DNA from: Octopus vulgaris
Taxonomy: Eukaryota
Length of the DNA: 64,000 nucleotides
Assembly: GCA_951406725.2 (NCBI GenBank)
Contig: OX597816.1
Coordinates: 89,528,001 to 89,592,000 of the forward strand
Reading direction: 5' to 3'
This document shows positions 13,946 to 26,963 of this stretch, one piece after another. Within the stretch, counting starts at the first letter, position 1. Every line of letters begins with the position of its first letter. Made by a program: the position numbers and the translations under genes. The notes below the pieces were generated by a model that did no database searches, was not told where the DNA came from, and worked only from the letters and a program-made list of their open reading frames with translations.

Positions 13946-14504
13946 ATTAGCCACACGCAAACATTGCCATCAGTAAAACCTCCATCATCTTTCTTTGCCA
14001 CCACCACCACCACCACTACCATCAACACTGCCAATTTTACCATCAATTCCAGCACCACATCCCCAACGCCAGCCTTGCCATCATTGCAACAACGACATCC
14101 CCAGTACCACCACCATCACAATCATTACAAGTGCCAACATCACCACCGTTGTAGCTACCTCGCACTTATTGCCACTATCATTTTCCCCTATCAATGGCAG
14201 GACCGTTGGTTTATGATAACACAAGGCCGAACTGGTTACTAATCAAACGTAAAGTAGATGACTCACTTCTAATTTGATCCTTGATCAGCAGTTACTGTTA
14301 CCGCAACCTCTCCATACATCCCTTTCTCTTACAAATGTATACATACACATATAGTCAGATAAAGGTAGACATAGACACATATATATACGCAATCACATAA
14401 ATAAACCTGCTGACTCACATAAATATATTCAGACATAAGAACGCACACATTTGAATAGGTATATGCAATAATGGCACATAAAAATATATGTTCATTAACA
14501 TATA

Positions 14505-14512
14505 CAAAACAC

Positions 14513-14560
<48 letters not shown>

Positions 14561-14592
14561 CTCTCATATATACATATATATATATCATCTCC

Positions 14593-14652
<60 letters not shown>

Positions 14653-14793
14653 GAGCGAGAGAGAGAGAAACACATGTACACATATATACATACATGCATA
14701 CATACGTAGGTAGGTAGGTAGGTAGGTAGGTAGGTAGGTAGGTAGGTAGGTAGATAAGTAGGTAGACAAACAGACAGACAGACAGACAGGCAA

Positions 14794-14849
<56 letters not shown>

Positions 14850-14896
14850 GTAGGTAGGTAGGTAGGTAGGTAGGTAGGTAGGTAGGTAGGATAGAC

Positions 14897-14995
<99 letters not shown>

Positions 14996-15000
14996 TAGAT
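14505..15000. repeat. Compound microsatellite (CT)n-(TA)n-(TAGG)n-(GACA)n-(GATA)n
   Basis: Directly visible. Representative of dozens of simple-repeat tracts, for example 910-955, 1130-1222, 3250-3640, 15700-15920, 25505-25610, 26090-26670, 29582-29757, 51088-51457 and 60300-60477. Confidence 0.95.
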
Positions 15001-15700
15001 ATCGCTATATAGTCACATATAAATTCAGAAATTTATACATACATAGACACACATGAACCACACGCATATGTGTGAGTATGTGTATGTATTTATAAATGCG
15101 TGTGTACACATCGGAATACAGACATAATTGCATTTATCATACGGAAGCGCAAAACTCTACACACATAATTACCTATATCATACGCATTCACGTAGGTATC
15201 TATACACAGACGTTTACACATACACTAATACGCATAATTACCAATATCATACATATATAGAAGGTATTAGTATAAACATACACACACAAAATTACATGCT
15301 CATAAGTAACAAACTCTAAAACCACGCACTTACACATATACATATGCATTATCATAGAGAGACTCATATAGAAAAAATATTACATACCCAGACATACAAA
15401 CTACGCTCATACCAACGCACATGCAAACACAAGCTCCAGAATAACACACGTCTACAGTATTATACACACGGATGTACAAGCTCAAACGTCCATAAACACA
15501 GATTTGCAGCCTAATACACTTATACACCAATTGATCATGGCCAAAATAGCGTCAGATTAAACAGAATTACAGATGGGATAAACGGTAAAATGAAAGACTT
15601 AAACGACAGACAACTAAGGGGAATGCAATCATGTAGTGTATATAAAAGAACAGAGAACAGAGGGTAGAGATGAAGACTATGAGAGGGGAAGAGAAGAAAG

Positions 15701-15790
<90 letters not shown>

Positions 15791-15830
15791 GTAAATTGAA
15801 ATGGTTGATAGATGGATAGATGGCTAGATG

Positions 15831-15923
<93 letters not shown>

Positions 15924-16214
15924 ATTGAAATGGTAAGACTGTAATAGAACAATTCACTTTAAGTCGAATAAAAAAATATGATCATGAAAAATAAAGAACG
16001 ATAGTGATAGAGGAAAAGAGAATGAAGCCAGAGCGAGGAAGGAGAGACACAGAATGAAACAGCTAAACTAAAGCTGAAAAAGATAGTTTCATTCCTCGGT
16101 TACTTCAATTTCGTTACCGTTATATTGCCAATACTCTTGGAAAAAGGATGAAAGCCATAACCTTTTATGTTTTACTTGCTTCAGTTATTGAACAGCGGCC
16201 ATGGTGGGATATTC

Positions 16215-16680
16215 CCATGTAAGTCTCATAAGGCTTTCGGCAGAATAATGAAAAGCTATTGGCCTTTGAATTCTAAGTTATTGCGGCAAAGATGGGCACT
16301 TTGACACTGTTTAGTGGTCCCTTGTCCGGGGATTACCACATCTTGCAATGGCAAAGTTTTGACGGAAGTCCTTCTATGATCTTCCAGACGTATATTATTG
16401 TGTATCTTTCATGTCTTCGCTCTAGGAAGTAGAGCTTTAACTTTTTCAATATTTCCCAGTAGCTGACCTGTCGCATTGAGACAATCTTCCTCGTGTAGCA
16501 GCATTTGCTTCAAGTTTCGTTATTAATTTTAGATGGCTGAGGACAAACATCCAACCGAGGACCATCATGGTTTCCTGTCCTTTTCTTCTCAAAGTTCTTA
16601 GTATTCATCCCACTAGCATCTACATATCATTGCCATCTTAGTAAATATGCACGTGAAAGAAAGCATCATTACTCATATTA
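16215..16680 (-). mobile_element. CR1-group LINE 3' ORF2 remnant
   Basis: Minus strand gives YTRKIVSMRQVSYWEILKKLKLYFLERRHERYTIIYVWKIIEG, matching the L.YWERLK.L.LYSLERRRERY.II..WK motif. Confidence 0.7.
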
Positions 16681-17686
16681 ATGCACAGGTCACGTATTGA
16701 TTATGATTCTGTGTGTGTGTATACATATGTGTGTGTTTGTGCGTGTTTTGTGTGTATATGTGTGTATGTGCGTTGGTGTATACGTATATGTGTTGGTGTG
16801 TATGTATGTGTTCTGTATGCACGCATGTATATGTGTGTGTGTTTGTATAAATGTATATGTGTGTATGATTGATAACACCCATAATTCATACACTAAAGTG
16901 GAGGTAAATATTCTAAAATCGATATTAAGCATTACTAAGAATTTATGTATAAAAAGTATAAATCTACTTAATTCAGCTTGCGTAAACCCAAGATAAACGT
17001 CACGTGACATACTTGACTGACATTCGTATACTATTTTCAAAGCATGGAATGACAAACGAAAAAAACATACTGCATATCTATAATGCATCCTGGAATTGGT
17101 TTTAAAATATATTTTCGCTGCAGTATATGCGGGTTTTGATGCAATAGATCAAAGAACATTTGTAACTTCTATATGATTGCACCTAAACATTTTTTTTTCA
17201 GATATTCTTCGGTATAACTTTTTAAATTCGAATTTCAGAATATTCATGATTGCTGTTATTTGAGGGTGGTTGTTCATTAAAAGAATAATGACCGCAAGCT
17301 TGATAAAAAGAACTCTATATAGAATAAGTTAAACTTACTGGAATTTATGATGACAAATATACACTCTGTAGAACTACTTGGAACGTTGGCTAGTGGCTGG
17401 TGTTGTTTAAAGTACGAAGCAAACGGCTGGGTTTGAATTTAGTGAAGATGTCTTTCTATTATTGTGTACGTGCGATAAGTTAAGTGCAGCGTCAACTGGT
17501 AGTTATAAAAATGAAAGGAAGAAAGAAAGATACAGAGAAGTAATTTGTTATACATATACAAACAGATGCATATTTACGCTCAAGCACACGCACACACACA
17601 CATACACATACACACAAACTGGTGTATATATGCACTTATGTAGATTTGGAAGTAAGATCCTTGTCACTAATTATGTGGTTGTTAGA

Positions 17687-17725
<39 letters not shown>

Positions 17726-17729
<4 letters not shown>

Positions 17730-18013
17730 GCAGCATGGAAGGTGTTTGTAAGCCATTTAAGAAACACACAAAAGCCGTTTGATTCACTTCAACATTTAAG
17801 CTTAATTTGTCAAAATATTTTCGTCGCTAAAATCTGCGACCTCTCCGCGGAATTTAGCGATAAAAATATTTTGACAAATTAAGCTTAAATGTTGAAGTGA
17901 ATCGAACGGCTTTTGTGTGTTTCTTAAATGGCTTACAAACACCTTCCACGCTGCAGTTGTTTTCGTTCCAGCACACGATCTCAGATCAAATCACTTACTA
18001 TGCGAGTACATCT

Positions 18014-18016
<3 letters not shown>
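17726..18016. mobile_element. (TA)n-flanked fold-back element centred on a hammerhead stem II
   Basis: Inverted arms 17726-17838 and 17846-17958 plus a ~58-bp tail. The left arm on the minus strand reads GTCGC-agatttta-GCGAC-GAAA-ATAT-TT-TGACAAA. Confidence 0.8.
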
Positions 18017-18052
<36 letters not shown>

Positions 18053-18070
18053 TGTGCGTATGTGTGTACG

Positions 18071-18102
<32 letters not shown>

Positions 18103-18139
18103 AATGTGTGTGTGTGTTTGTGTGTATGTGTTTGTACCC

Positions 18140-18260
18140 CACCCAACATCGCTTGACAACCGACGCTGGTATGCTTACGGCCCTGTAACTTAGCGGTTCG
18201 GCGAAAGAGACCGATAGAATAATTACTAGGCTTACAAAGAATAAGTCCTGGGGTTGATTT
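18140..18260 (+). mobile_element. SINE 3' part truncated at (TA)n
   Basis: CGCTTGACAACCGACGCTGGT...TAACTTAGCGGTTCGGCGAAAGAGACCGATAGAATAA. Confidence 0.7.
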
Positions 18261-18288
18261 GTATATATATATATATATATATGTATAT

Positions 18289-18369
<81 letters not shown>

Positions 18370-18376
18370 TGTATGT

Positions 18377-19166
18377 ATGGATCTATGGCATTAAGTGGAA
18401 GGACCGCATCAGTGATCTTGAAATATTGGAAGGCACTCGGTGTGAAAGTATAGAAGCTCTTGTGTTAAAGCAAAGGCTCAGATGGAGTGGTCATCTGGTC
18501 AGGATGAAGGATTCAAGGATGCCAAAACAACTTTTTTATGGAGAATTAGCTAAAGGAGAACGACCTCCACATAAACCAAAAAAGAGGTATAAGGACTTGC
18601 TGAAGGTTTCCTTAAGAGATGCTTGCATCTCTCCTGACACATGGGAAGGCATAGCTATTGATCATAGCAGGTGGAGAAGGATTATGCATGAGGGGACAGC
18701 CACTTTTGAGAAATCTCGAGTTGCACATGAGAAAGTAAGGAGGGATGTCAGGAAGGGCATCGCTGTTACACTTCCAGAAGGGAAGGGTCTTCCTTTGATG
18801 CTGACATGCAATGTCTGTGCAAGACCCTGCCTCAGTAAAGCTGGACTCAAGAGTCATCTTCGTAGTCATAAAACGAGACAGATGAGTGACAACCTGGCCA
18901 CTGGTGGTGGTGTAACACACCATACTAATCATATCTGTCGGGCATGTGGAAGAGAGTGTAATTCGGCAGGAGGACATAAACGACATGCAAAGGTACATGA
19001 AGCCCAGTTACAACTATAGCCGGCTATTACCAGTAAAGGTTTTAGTTGCCAATTTTGTACAAGACATTGTAGATCTTTAGCTGGGCTAAAAAGTCACATT
19101 CGATCACAGCACCAGTAACAGTTAAGCTTCGTGCAATGGCCATACTCGATAACGTGGGGGCAGCCA
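18377..19166 (+). mobile_element. 5'-truncated RTE-clade LINE with three C-terminal C2H2 zinc fingers
   Basis: LRWSGHLVRMKDSRMPKQLFYGELAKGERPPHKPKKRYKD is a typical RTE C-terminus. Fingers are CNVC..HLRSH, CRAC..HAKVH and, in frame after TAG 19017-19, CQFC..HIRSQH (stop 19116-18). Flanked on both sides by (TATG)n. Confidence 0.9.
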
Positions 19167-19209
19167 TGTATGTATGTATGTATGTATGTATGTATGTATG
19201 TATGTATAT

Positions 19210-19296
<87 letters not shown>

Positions 19297-19309
19297 TGTA
19301 TATAAATAA

Positions 19310-20700
19310 TAGCTATATAGTATAGTTAGTATGCTAAACAAAGTTAGTATACTATCCATAGAAATTTTTTTCCTGCCTAGTTGATCAAATTTTATTATGG
19401 TTTTAGTAATTACTTTATTTATCCCTCTCCTAAAGTGTTCCACCCTCCTGTTCTTAGTATTTATAAGGGCCTTTATGAAAGTAGCGCCTCTAATTAAATA
19501 CCCCTAAGAAACTATAATATCATGTATGGATTAACGCTAATAACTTTAAAAACCTATACCTAAATTAGAACCTTTACCTCTTAGTTTATAATTAGTATAT
19601 ATTTAGCATGTCCTGTAACATCAATATTCCTTTAGTTAATACCAAGTATCAGTATTTATTGATACAAGCTAAATAAGTATATAAACAATTTTTAGTTAAA
19701 ATACTTGAATTATTATACATTTTCTATAAGTCTTCTCTATTGATGTTTCTAAGGTGTATATACTTCATCATGGTTTTTAATGATTAAGCTATTTTATTCC
19801 TTTTCTATGGTGTTCTACCCATCAAGATCATTTTAATAGCTTTAAATTGTCTTTATGAAATAAATCTAATTTTGTTACCTCTATAAATTCATACTAAAAT
19901 TATATGAAATAATACCAGTACCTTCAAAACTTAAAATAAACTGATTAGGTTACAATTTAATTAATATATAGCTAACATATTTTTCGCTTCAGTGCTCTTT
20001 TATTAAATACCAATAAAATCCAATTGCGCAATCTCCATAGATAATATCTAGTAAGTTAATATTTAAGTATATAATATGTATAAATATAAAACTATCTTCT
20101 TAATAATCTTCTGAATAACCCTAAATTTAAACTTTTTACAATATGGCAATATTGTTTAAAATATTTAACTATAGTACCCCATGAAAAGATTTTCCTCTGT
20201 ATCATTATCAATGGTCTACTAATGGCTTTCCCCTTTAAATGTCAGCTAACTTCTTGATTTAAGACTTATATTGTTTCAAATTAATCTTGATAGTTTGATG
20301 ACCATACCCACTATGATTTCTGTCGACTCCCTCACCCACTTCTCTTTGTTTTTTTTGTTGTTTTTTTTGGGGGGGGTGTCTTAGATTTTGATATACAAAG
20401 ATTTGATAAAAAAGTTTATAAATTAAAACTGACCCCCAAAAAACAGCGACAAGCTGGATCTCTAACAAGTCTTTCTTCCTGATACCTTAGTAACTTCTAA
20501 GCTGAAGTGAAGACAGCATGTTCTTTGTCTATCTCCTTACCTCCTTCGAGGTTTTAGGTAAAATTATACTAATGCATCCATCTGTTTTAATTTACTTTAA
20601 TTCTATGTCTTTATGCAGCTGAGGATTGCTCTAGATTTAAATTGACGTAATGATTTCATTGTTCAATTAAATGGAGTTGTTTTAAACGATCGTACTGCAT
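19310..20700 (-). mobile_element. Highly decayed LINE-like sequence (possibly L1/Tx1)
   Basis: Only a weak GIRKKDLLEIQL motif (compare GIRQGDPLS) near 20450-20490 and an A-rich minus strand. Many stops. Confidence 0.3.
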
Positions 20701-20748
20701 TACCTCTGTATATCCTTGTTACTTATTTTGATTATATACATATATATG

Positions 20749-20820
<72 letters not shown>

Positions 20821-20895
20821 TATATAGATATATATATACATACAGTAATACCTCGGTGATACATTCCAAAACTCCCCGCCATGGGTGAAAATATG

Positions 20896-20970
<75 letters not shown>

Positions 20971-20973
<3 letters not shown>

Positions 20974-21950
20974 AAAATCGAACAAGAACGCAAAACATCC
21001 AGACAGTTAAGTGATACAAAAACGAAACGTGACAACAAAACGGAGAAATGTTACACAAATACAATGCAAATAACAGGGCATAACAACAGGTGTCTTTCGA
21101 CTAAGGACGAATTAAATTAAGCTGCCGTGTGGGGAAGTAAAGCCTTACGGCAGGGACATAAGATTTGACAGGTACAGGGAGGATTATAGATGTTGCATGG
21201 ATGGTAGTCGAACCAAGGAAGAACGGTGAGGCTTGGCCGAACACCGGTCACGTGGGGAAGAAGAAAGAGAGGTAGAGGGATAGAAGAATTAAGGAGGGGT
21301 GAGATAAAAAGTGAAAGGGATAGGGTGAAGTGAAATAGGAGGGAAAGTAGGCATGAAGAGAAGGCCAGGAAATGTGAGAGAGGAGGAACGAAAGAACGAA
21401 GAGTGGAATGAACGAAGTAAGTGTTAAAGGGCTGATAGAAAAAAGGAAAGAATGAAAGAATAGAAAGAATATCCAACTCAACCAATCGCAGTCTTCTGAC
21501 AAGGTCACGTGAGATAGTCTCTTCCATACTTCCGGTGAGCCGATAGTACAGTATAAAACGGTAGCTTCAACACCATCTCGAAGTCTTTTGGTTCTAGACC
21601 TTTTGAGGTCTAACCACTGATCACAGAGCACACAGCCAACAGCAGCCACATGGAGACGCATCAACACTCGATACGGCAATCTCCTTCTTCGTCGCTTTCA
21701 TCTTCTTAACGTCAACTACACAACAACCAGCAACCCTCACACAGTTCGTGAATTACTTCACCATGGCTAACAGGAAATACAACCTGCGAGAACTCCTGTA
21801 ACAAGTAACCGACTCTGCATTGTAGCCACCACTTCCACGTGCCTCAACTGGCTCTGCATTGTAGAAACAACTTCTTGTTACAGCACTTCAACTTCGTGTA
21901 CTTTGACTACGAACTGGTATTTATCATTGTGTCAGAACATTCTTCTAGCG
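20971..21950. mobile_element. (TA)n-adjacent ~1-kb element with a Pol II promoter-motif cluster (possible PLE terminal repeat)
   Basis: Starts at (TA)n with an end loosely similar to the 24.5 and 51.8 kb elements. CCAAT 21482, GTCACGTGA 21504, ACTTCCGG 21528, TATAAAA 21552. Confidence 0.4.
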
Positions 21951-22904
21951 TCCTATTATAGACTCTTTCAATACTCTGTATTTTATGCACACACATACAC
22001 AGTATGTATACATGACGGCCTGTTTATTGTTATTATATTTGTAATTATGACACATACATACACATGTTAACATATAAATAAAATCTTCTCTTAAACATTC
22101 TACCGGTTGTGTCTCTCTTTTCTTTCTGGCACTTATACTCATCCTTTTCGTATTTTATTGTAATTGACCGTTTGGTGTACTAAAGAAGTCATTCTCGTCA
22201 CCTCTCCTTCGTACGGTCGTTTACAAATTTATGCCTGTGGCACTCTGTAACTGCTACAGCACAAATTGTGAGGAGCAAGGTATCGCAACCACGGCTAATT
22301 AAGAAATTAAAAACTATTGGTGGCACTGTAGAAATTTGTAAAAACAAAAACACCTTCTGGAACTGTAGCTCAAATTTGTTGTACATACATACATATAGCC
22401 ATACATACATATGTAACATGGGTGGAAGCGTGCATATGCATAAGTAACAACATACATATTCACAGGCGCAAAGAAATGCATACATGGATAGAGATATATA
22501 CATATATCCATGATTAAATAACTGATAGTGGTTGAGTTTCAATGAAAGAGGTTTGGAATTTTTTAAAATAAGAGTAGATCACACTTACATACATACATAC
22601 ATACATACTTACATACATACATAGATGCATGCATATACATACATGCATATACATGCATATACATACATGCATACATACTTATATCCATGCATACACGTAC
22701 ATATTAAATCAATATGGAGATCATTCATATGGCTTATCTTATAAGTTGATGGTTCTGTTTAATCTGAAAAGATTGAGCTCCTGTTAAGAAACCAGCATAT
22801 CACTGAATAGCATTTTTGTAATCAATATTGATAAAGATATATACATCTAGATGTAAATATGTTTCCTTTTTTTCTGCTTTCAAAAGTTTGCTATCTTTCT
22901 CACC

Positions 22905-22976
<72 letters not shown>

Positions 22977-23019
22977 ATACCGAAACATGTGTGTATGTTT
23001 AAATAGACTATTAGGAAAC

Positions 23020-23088
<69 letters not shown>

Positions 23089-23758
23089 CATTATTATCAT
23101 AGCAAAAGTGTCGTTTAATCGCTATATTTCCTGTATGGATTTATCGCTGAAATCTATACATATTTTCATAGTTGTGTTTAAAATTTGTTTCAGTTTTTCC
23201 TTTGCTGAAATCAAGCCACTTACTTACAAAATGACAAGGCTAGTTTTCTTTCTGTCTGTATTTCTTTATTCATTTATTTATGTTTAGAGAAGACAGGAAC
23301 TGTGATTTATGAATGTGTGAATAAGCTAGTGTTTGCATGAAAGTAGAGGCATGTGCAAATATATTTGCACCATATAACGGACAGGCATGTCTCCTTAGTA
23401 CATGCGCAACCATTATATGTACCTACCATTACTCCTTGTTTATGTCTGTATCGCATATGTGTATGCGATTATTTGCATATATTCAGCCCAAGAACACTGA
23501 AATTGATAATCTCCGGAATGTTTTACTTATCTTCTCTGCATCATTAATCGACTGGATTTGGGTTGGGAGTTGAATCCAATCTTGCCGCTTTCTTTTATTA
23601 TGGAGAACTCTGTCATGTCTTTCATCTTTTATGTTGTCTTTTAGCCTGACTTTTACACTGCACCTATGATAGTACAAACGAACAGAAATCTTTAGACAGG
23701 ATATATGTGATAGGTTTTTCATTAGTTTACCATAGATATTCTCTTTATCTTCAATAAT

Positions 23759-23793
<35 letters not shown>

Positions 23794-23794
<1 letters not shown>

Positions 23795-23945
23795 GACGGG
23801 CTTCTTTCAGTTTCCGTCTACCAAATCCACTTTGGTCGGCCTGAGGCTATAGTAGAATACACTTGTCCAAGATGCCACCCAGCGGGAATGAACCCAGAAC
23901 TATGTGGTTGGTAAGCAAGCTACTTACCACACAGTCACTCCTGCG

Positions 23946-23948
<3 letters not shown>
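23794..23948 (-). mobile_element. tRNA-derived SINE head between two (TA)n tracts
   Basis: Minus strand reads GGCGCAGGAGTGACTGTGTGGTAAGTAGCTTGCTTACCAACCACATAGTTCTGGGTTCATTCCC (box A and box B). Confidence 0.8.
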
Positions 23949-24008
<60 letters not shown>

Positions 24009-24242
24009 ATAATTTAAATAATGAGGGTGATAAATTGAATTTAAATCTTAAATAATTATGTTCTCTAACCGGGAACATTAACTGCAGTGAATTATCTTCT
24101 GCAGAACTGTTTCCGGGATTTAGCGCGCCAGAACTGAGACATTTGAATATAACACCAATGTAATCGGTGGAACTGTACACACTTCTAATTTTATGAGGAC
24201 AACCCGTATATAGTTCTACAAATTATATTGAATTAGAACGAT

Positions 24243-24306
24243 CGTACTGAAGAGTCCACGGACGATGTTACGTAAGTAAAATCGTTAATGACGAAATCGG
24301 TCAACA
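24243..24306 (+). ncRNA. Type I hammerhead ribozyme (partly degenerate) in a ~450-bp (TA)n-flanked element
   Basis: CTGAAGA(24247)-GTC...GAC-GAAA(24293)-TCGG-TC. Extended stem II GACGAT/ATCGTT and TTAC-GTAA-GTAA. Stem I is weak. Confidence 0.7.
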
Positions 24307-24580
24307 GTTAATTTTCATTTTGTATATTTTCATCTGTCTTACCCGCTTATGTTCTGGTATTTGCTGAATTTCTATTGAGAACACTCTTTTCTTTGTGGTT
24401 AGATCGTAGGTGATCTTCTAGCATATTGGATGTCCACTTAGTTGTCATCCCTTCTTATACGCATGTATATATATATATATATATATAATCGAAACATGAA
24501 AACACATAGAGAAAACACAACGAGGACGTGGAACAAGTATAGTGTTATTGGACGCTCAGGAAAGGAAAGAAAGAAGGGGG

Positions 24581-24615
24581 ATTTGACGTTTGGAGCGGAG
24601 CTCTTCGTCAGAAAC
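24581..24615 (-). ncRNA. Minimal hammerhead ribozyme (GAAA changed to CAAA) in ~195-bp (TA)n-flanked element 24487-24682
   Basis: Minus strand reads GTTT-CTGACGA-A-GAGC-tcc-GCTC-CAAA-CG-TC-AAAT. Confidence 0.75.
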
Positions 24616-24680
24616 ATAGAAAAAGGAAAGATCCAAGGAAGGAAAGACGGAGGAAAAAAATCGCCAGCAATACACACGCA

Positions 24681-24757
<77 letters not shown>

Positions 24758-24828
24758 GAGAGGCAGACAGACACTCAGAGAGACAGACTGACAGACAGAC
24801 AGACAGACAGACATACTGACAGACAGAC

Positions 24829-24903
<75 letters not shown>

Positions 24904-25500
24904 CACATGCCCTGCGTTGAAATTCCACGGAAGTTAACTATGCTTTACACCCTTTTGGAGTATCCTTGCTACTAATTACTTACCGAAAACAATTAGCGGT
25001 TACCAATCCATCGTCGTTCACAAATGACGTCTGGTTGTACTTGTACTTTCCCCGGCTTTTGTAAATGCCTCTTATAACCTCTTACCTAGTTACCGAGCTA
25101 AAGGGCCATTTGATTCACTAAAAATCGCTACCGAATCTACCTGAAATTATACTTCACATGTGTAAAAAGGAAACACATTGGACAATGTCTGCCTAAATAT
25201 CTGGAGAAAAGACGGGATAGCCACGATTTGAATGCATATGGTTAGAGCTTTCTATCTATCAAGGCTGACCTAGAGAGTCAAACAACGTGAAACGAACAGC
25301 TACGCATCTTATTGACCTTGTCCCCGCTTATTCAGATGAAATTTGCAAACTCTATCCGGCTAGAGTGAACTTTTGTTATAATGAATAAATAATATCCGAC
25401 TGTCTATTTCTCTGTCAGTAAGCCAAGTTTTGAAATGTAATTAAATGTCGTTCGATTGTGATTGGTCTGCTAAGCGGCACGTGAGTGGTCCTCCATCTTC

Positions 25501-25614
<114 letters not shown>

Positions 25615-26098
25615 ACATACACAACTACACACACACATATATATATATATCGTGTACTCTCTAATAGCTTCCTATGACTGGGATTCTCTTTTCCTCTCTC
25701 TCTCTCTCTCTTTGGTTATAAATGTATGTTATATATGTATGTATGTATGTATGTATGCATGCATGTATGTATGCATTATGTATGTATACGTTTGTGTGTG
25801 TGTGTGTGTGTATGGATGCAAGCGAATGTCTGTGTAAATGTATGTTGTTAGTTTTTACGGTTTCTGCTGGCTTTGGCATCTTGACGACTTGGTTGATTGT
25901 TGATGAGTGGTAAATATAAATTAATTAAATTAATTAGTGTATCGGTGTCCACTTTATTCACAGAGAGAATAGAGAAGTGAAACATTAATCTTATTAATGA
26001 GTAAATAACGCCACTTGGTACTTGCCATAAGAAAACATTCGAAAGAAGTTCAAAAAGTCGTCTGCTCCTGAGACACATGCCATTGAAATGTACATACA

Positions 26099-26132
<34 letters not shown>

Positions 26133-26508
26133 CATATACAGATAGGCAGATAGAAATATACACACATACTCTAACACATACATATACACATATACACACA
26201 TAAACACAAACATATATACATAAATACATAAAGTACAACTGTCTAGCATGTACCCCTACGGCCGATAAAATATATACATATAGACACATATAGACATAGA
26301 TACACACACGCATACATACATACATACATACATACATACATACATACATACATACATACATACATACATACATACATACATACATGCAAAAATACATCGT
26401 TGATGTTGTTGGAATTCCAATGAAGGATCCTTGGATCTAGACTGGAAACCGGCTCGTTTTCTATTTGCAAGTGATCTTGAAATAAAACTGAATAAGGGCA
26501 TACATACA

Positions 26509-26542
<34 letters not shown>

Positions 26543-26724
26543 CATATATACATACATACATATATACATACATACATGTATGCATGCATGCATGCATGCA
26601 TACATACATGTATACATACATACATACATACATACATACATACATACATACATACATACATACATACATAAGTATGTACGCACACAATTTACAACAGCCT
26701 ACCATGTACCTTCACGACCGGTGA

Positions 26725-26963
26725 AATACCTATTTCTTTACTACCCACAAGGGGCTAAACACAGAGGAGACAAACAAGGACAGACAGACGGATTAAGTCG
26801 ATTACATCGACCACAGTGCGTAACTGGTGCTTATTTAATCGACCCCGAAAGGATGAAAGGCAAAGTCGACCTCGGCGGAATTTGATCTCAGAACGTAACG
26901 GTAGACGAAATAAGGCTACGCATTTCGCTCGGCGTGCTAACGGTTCTGCCAGCTCGCCGCCTT
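26725..26963 (-). mobile_element. tRNA-derived SINE, well preserved
   Basis: CGACCCCGAAAGGATGAAAGGCAAAGTCGACCTCGGCGGAATTTGATCTCAGAACGTAAC...CTGCCAGCTCGCCGCC. Confidence 0.85.

Noticed and set aside
19310-20260. AT-rich stretch resembling a mitochondrial insertion
   Set aside because: No recognisable mitochondrial gene, tRNA or rRNA motif. A decayed LINE is more plausible.
21085-21220. GACTA/TAGTC-GAAA on the minus strand as a hammerhead with a long stem II
   Set aside because: No CUGANGA core and no NUH after the putative stem III.
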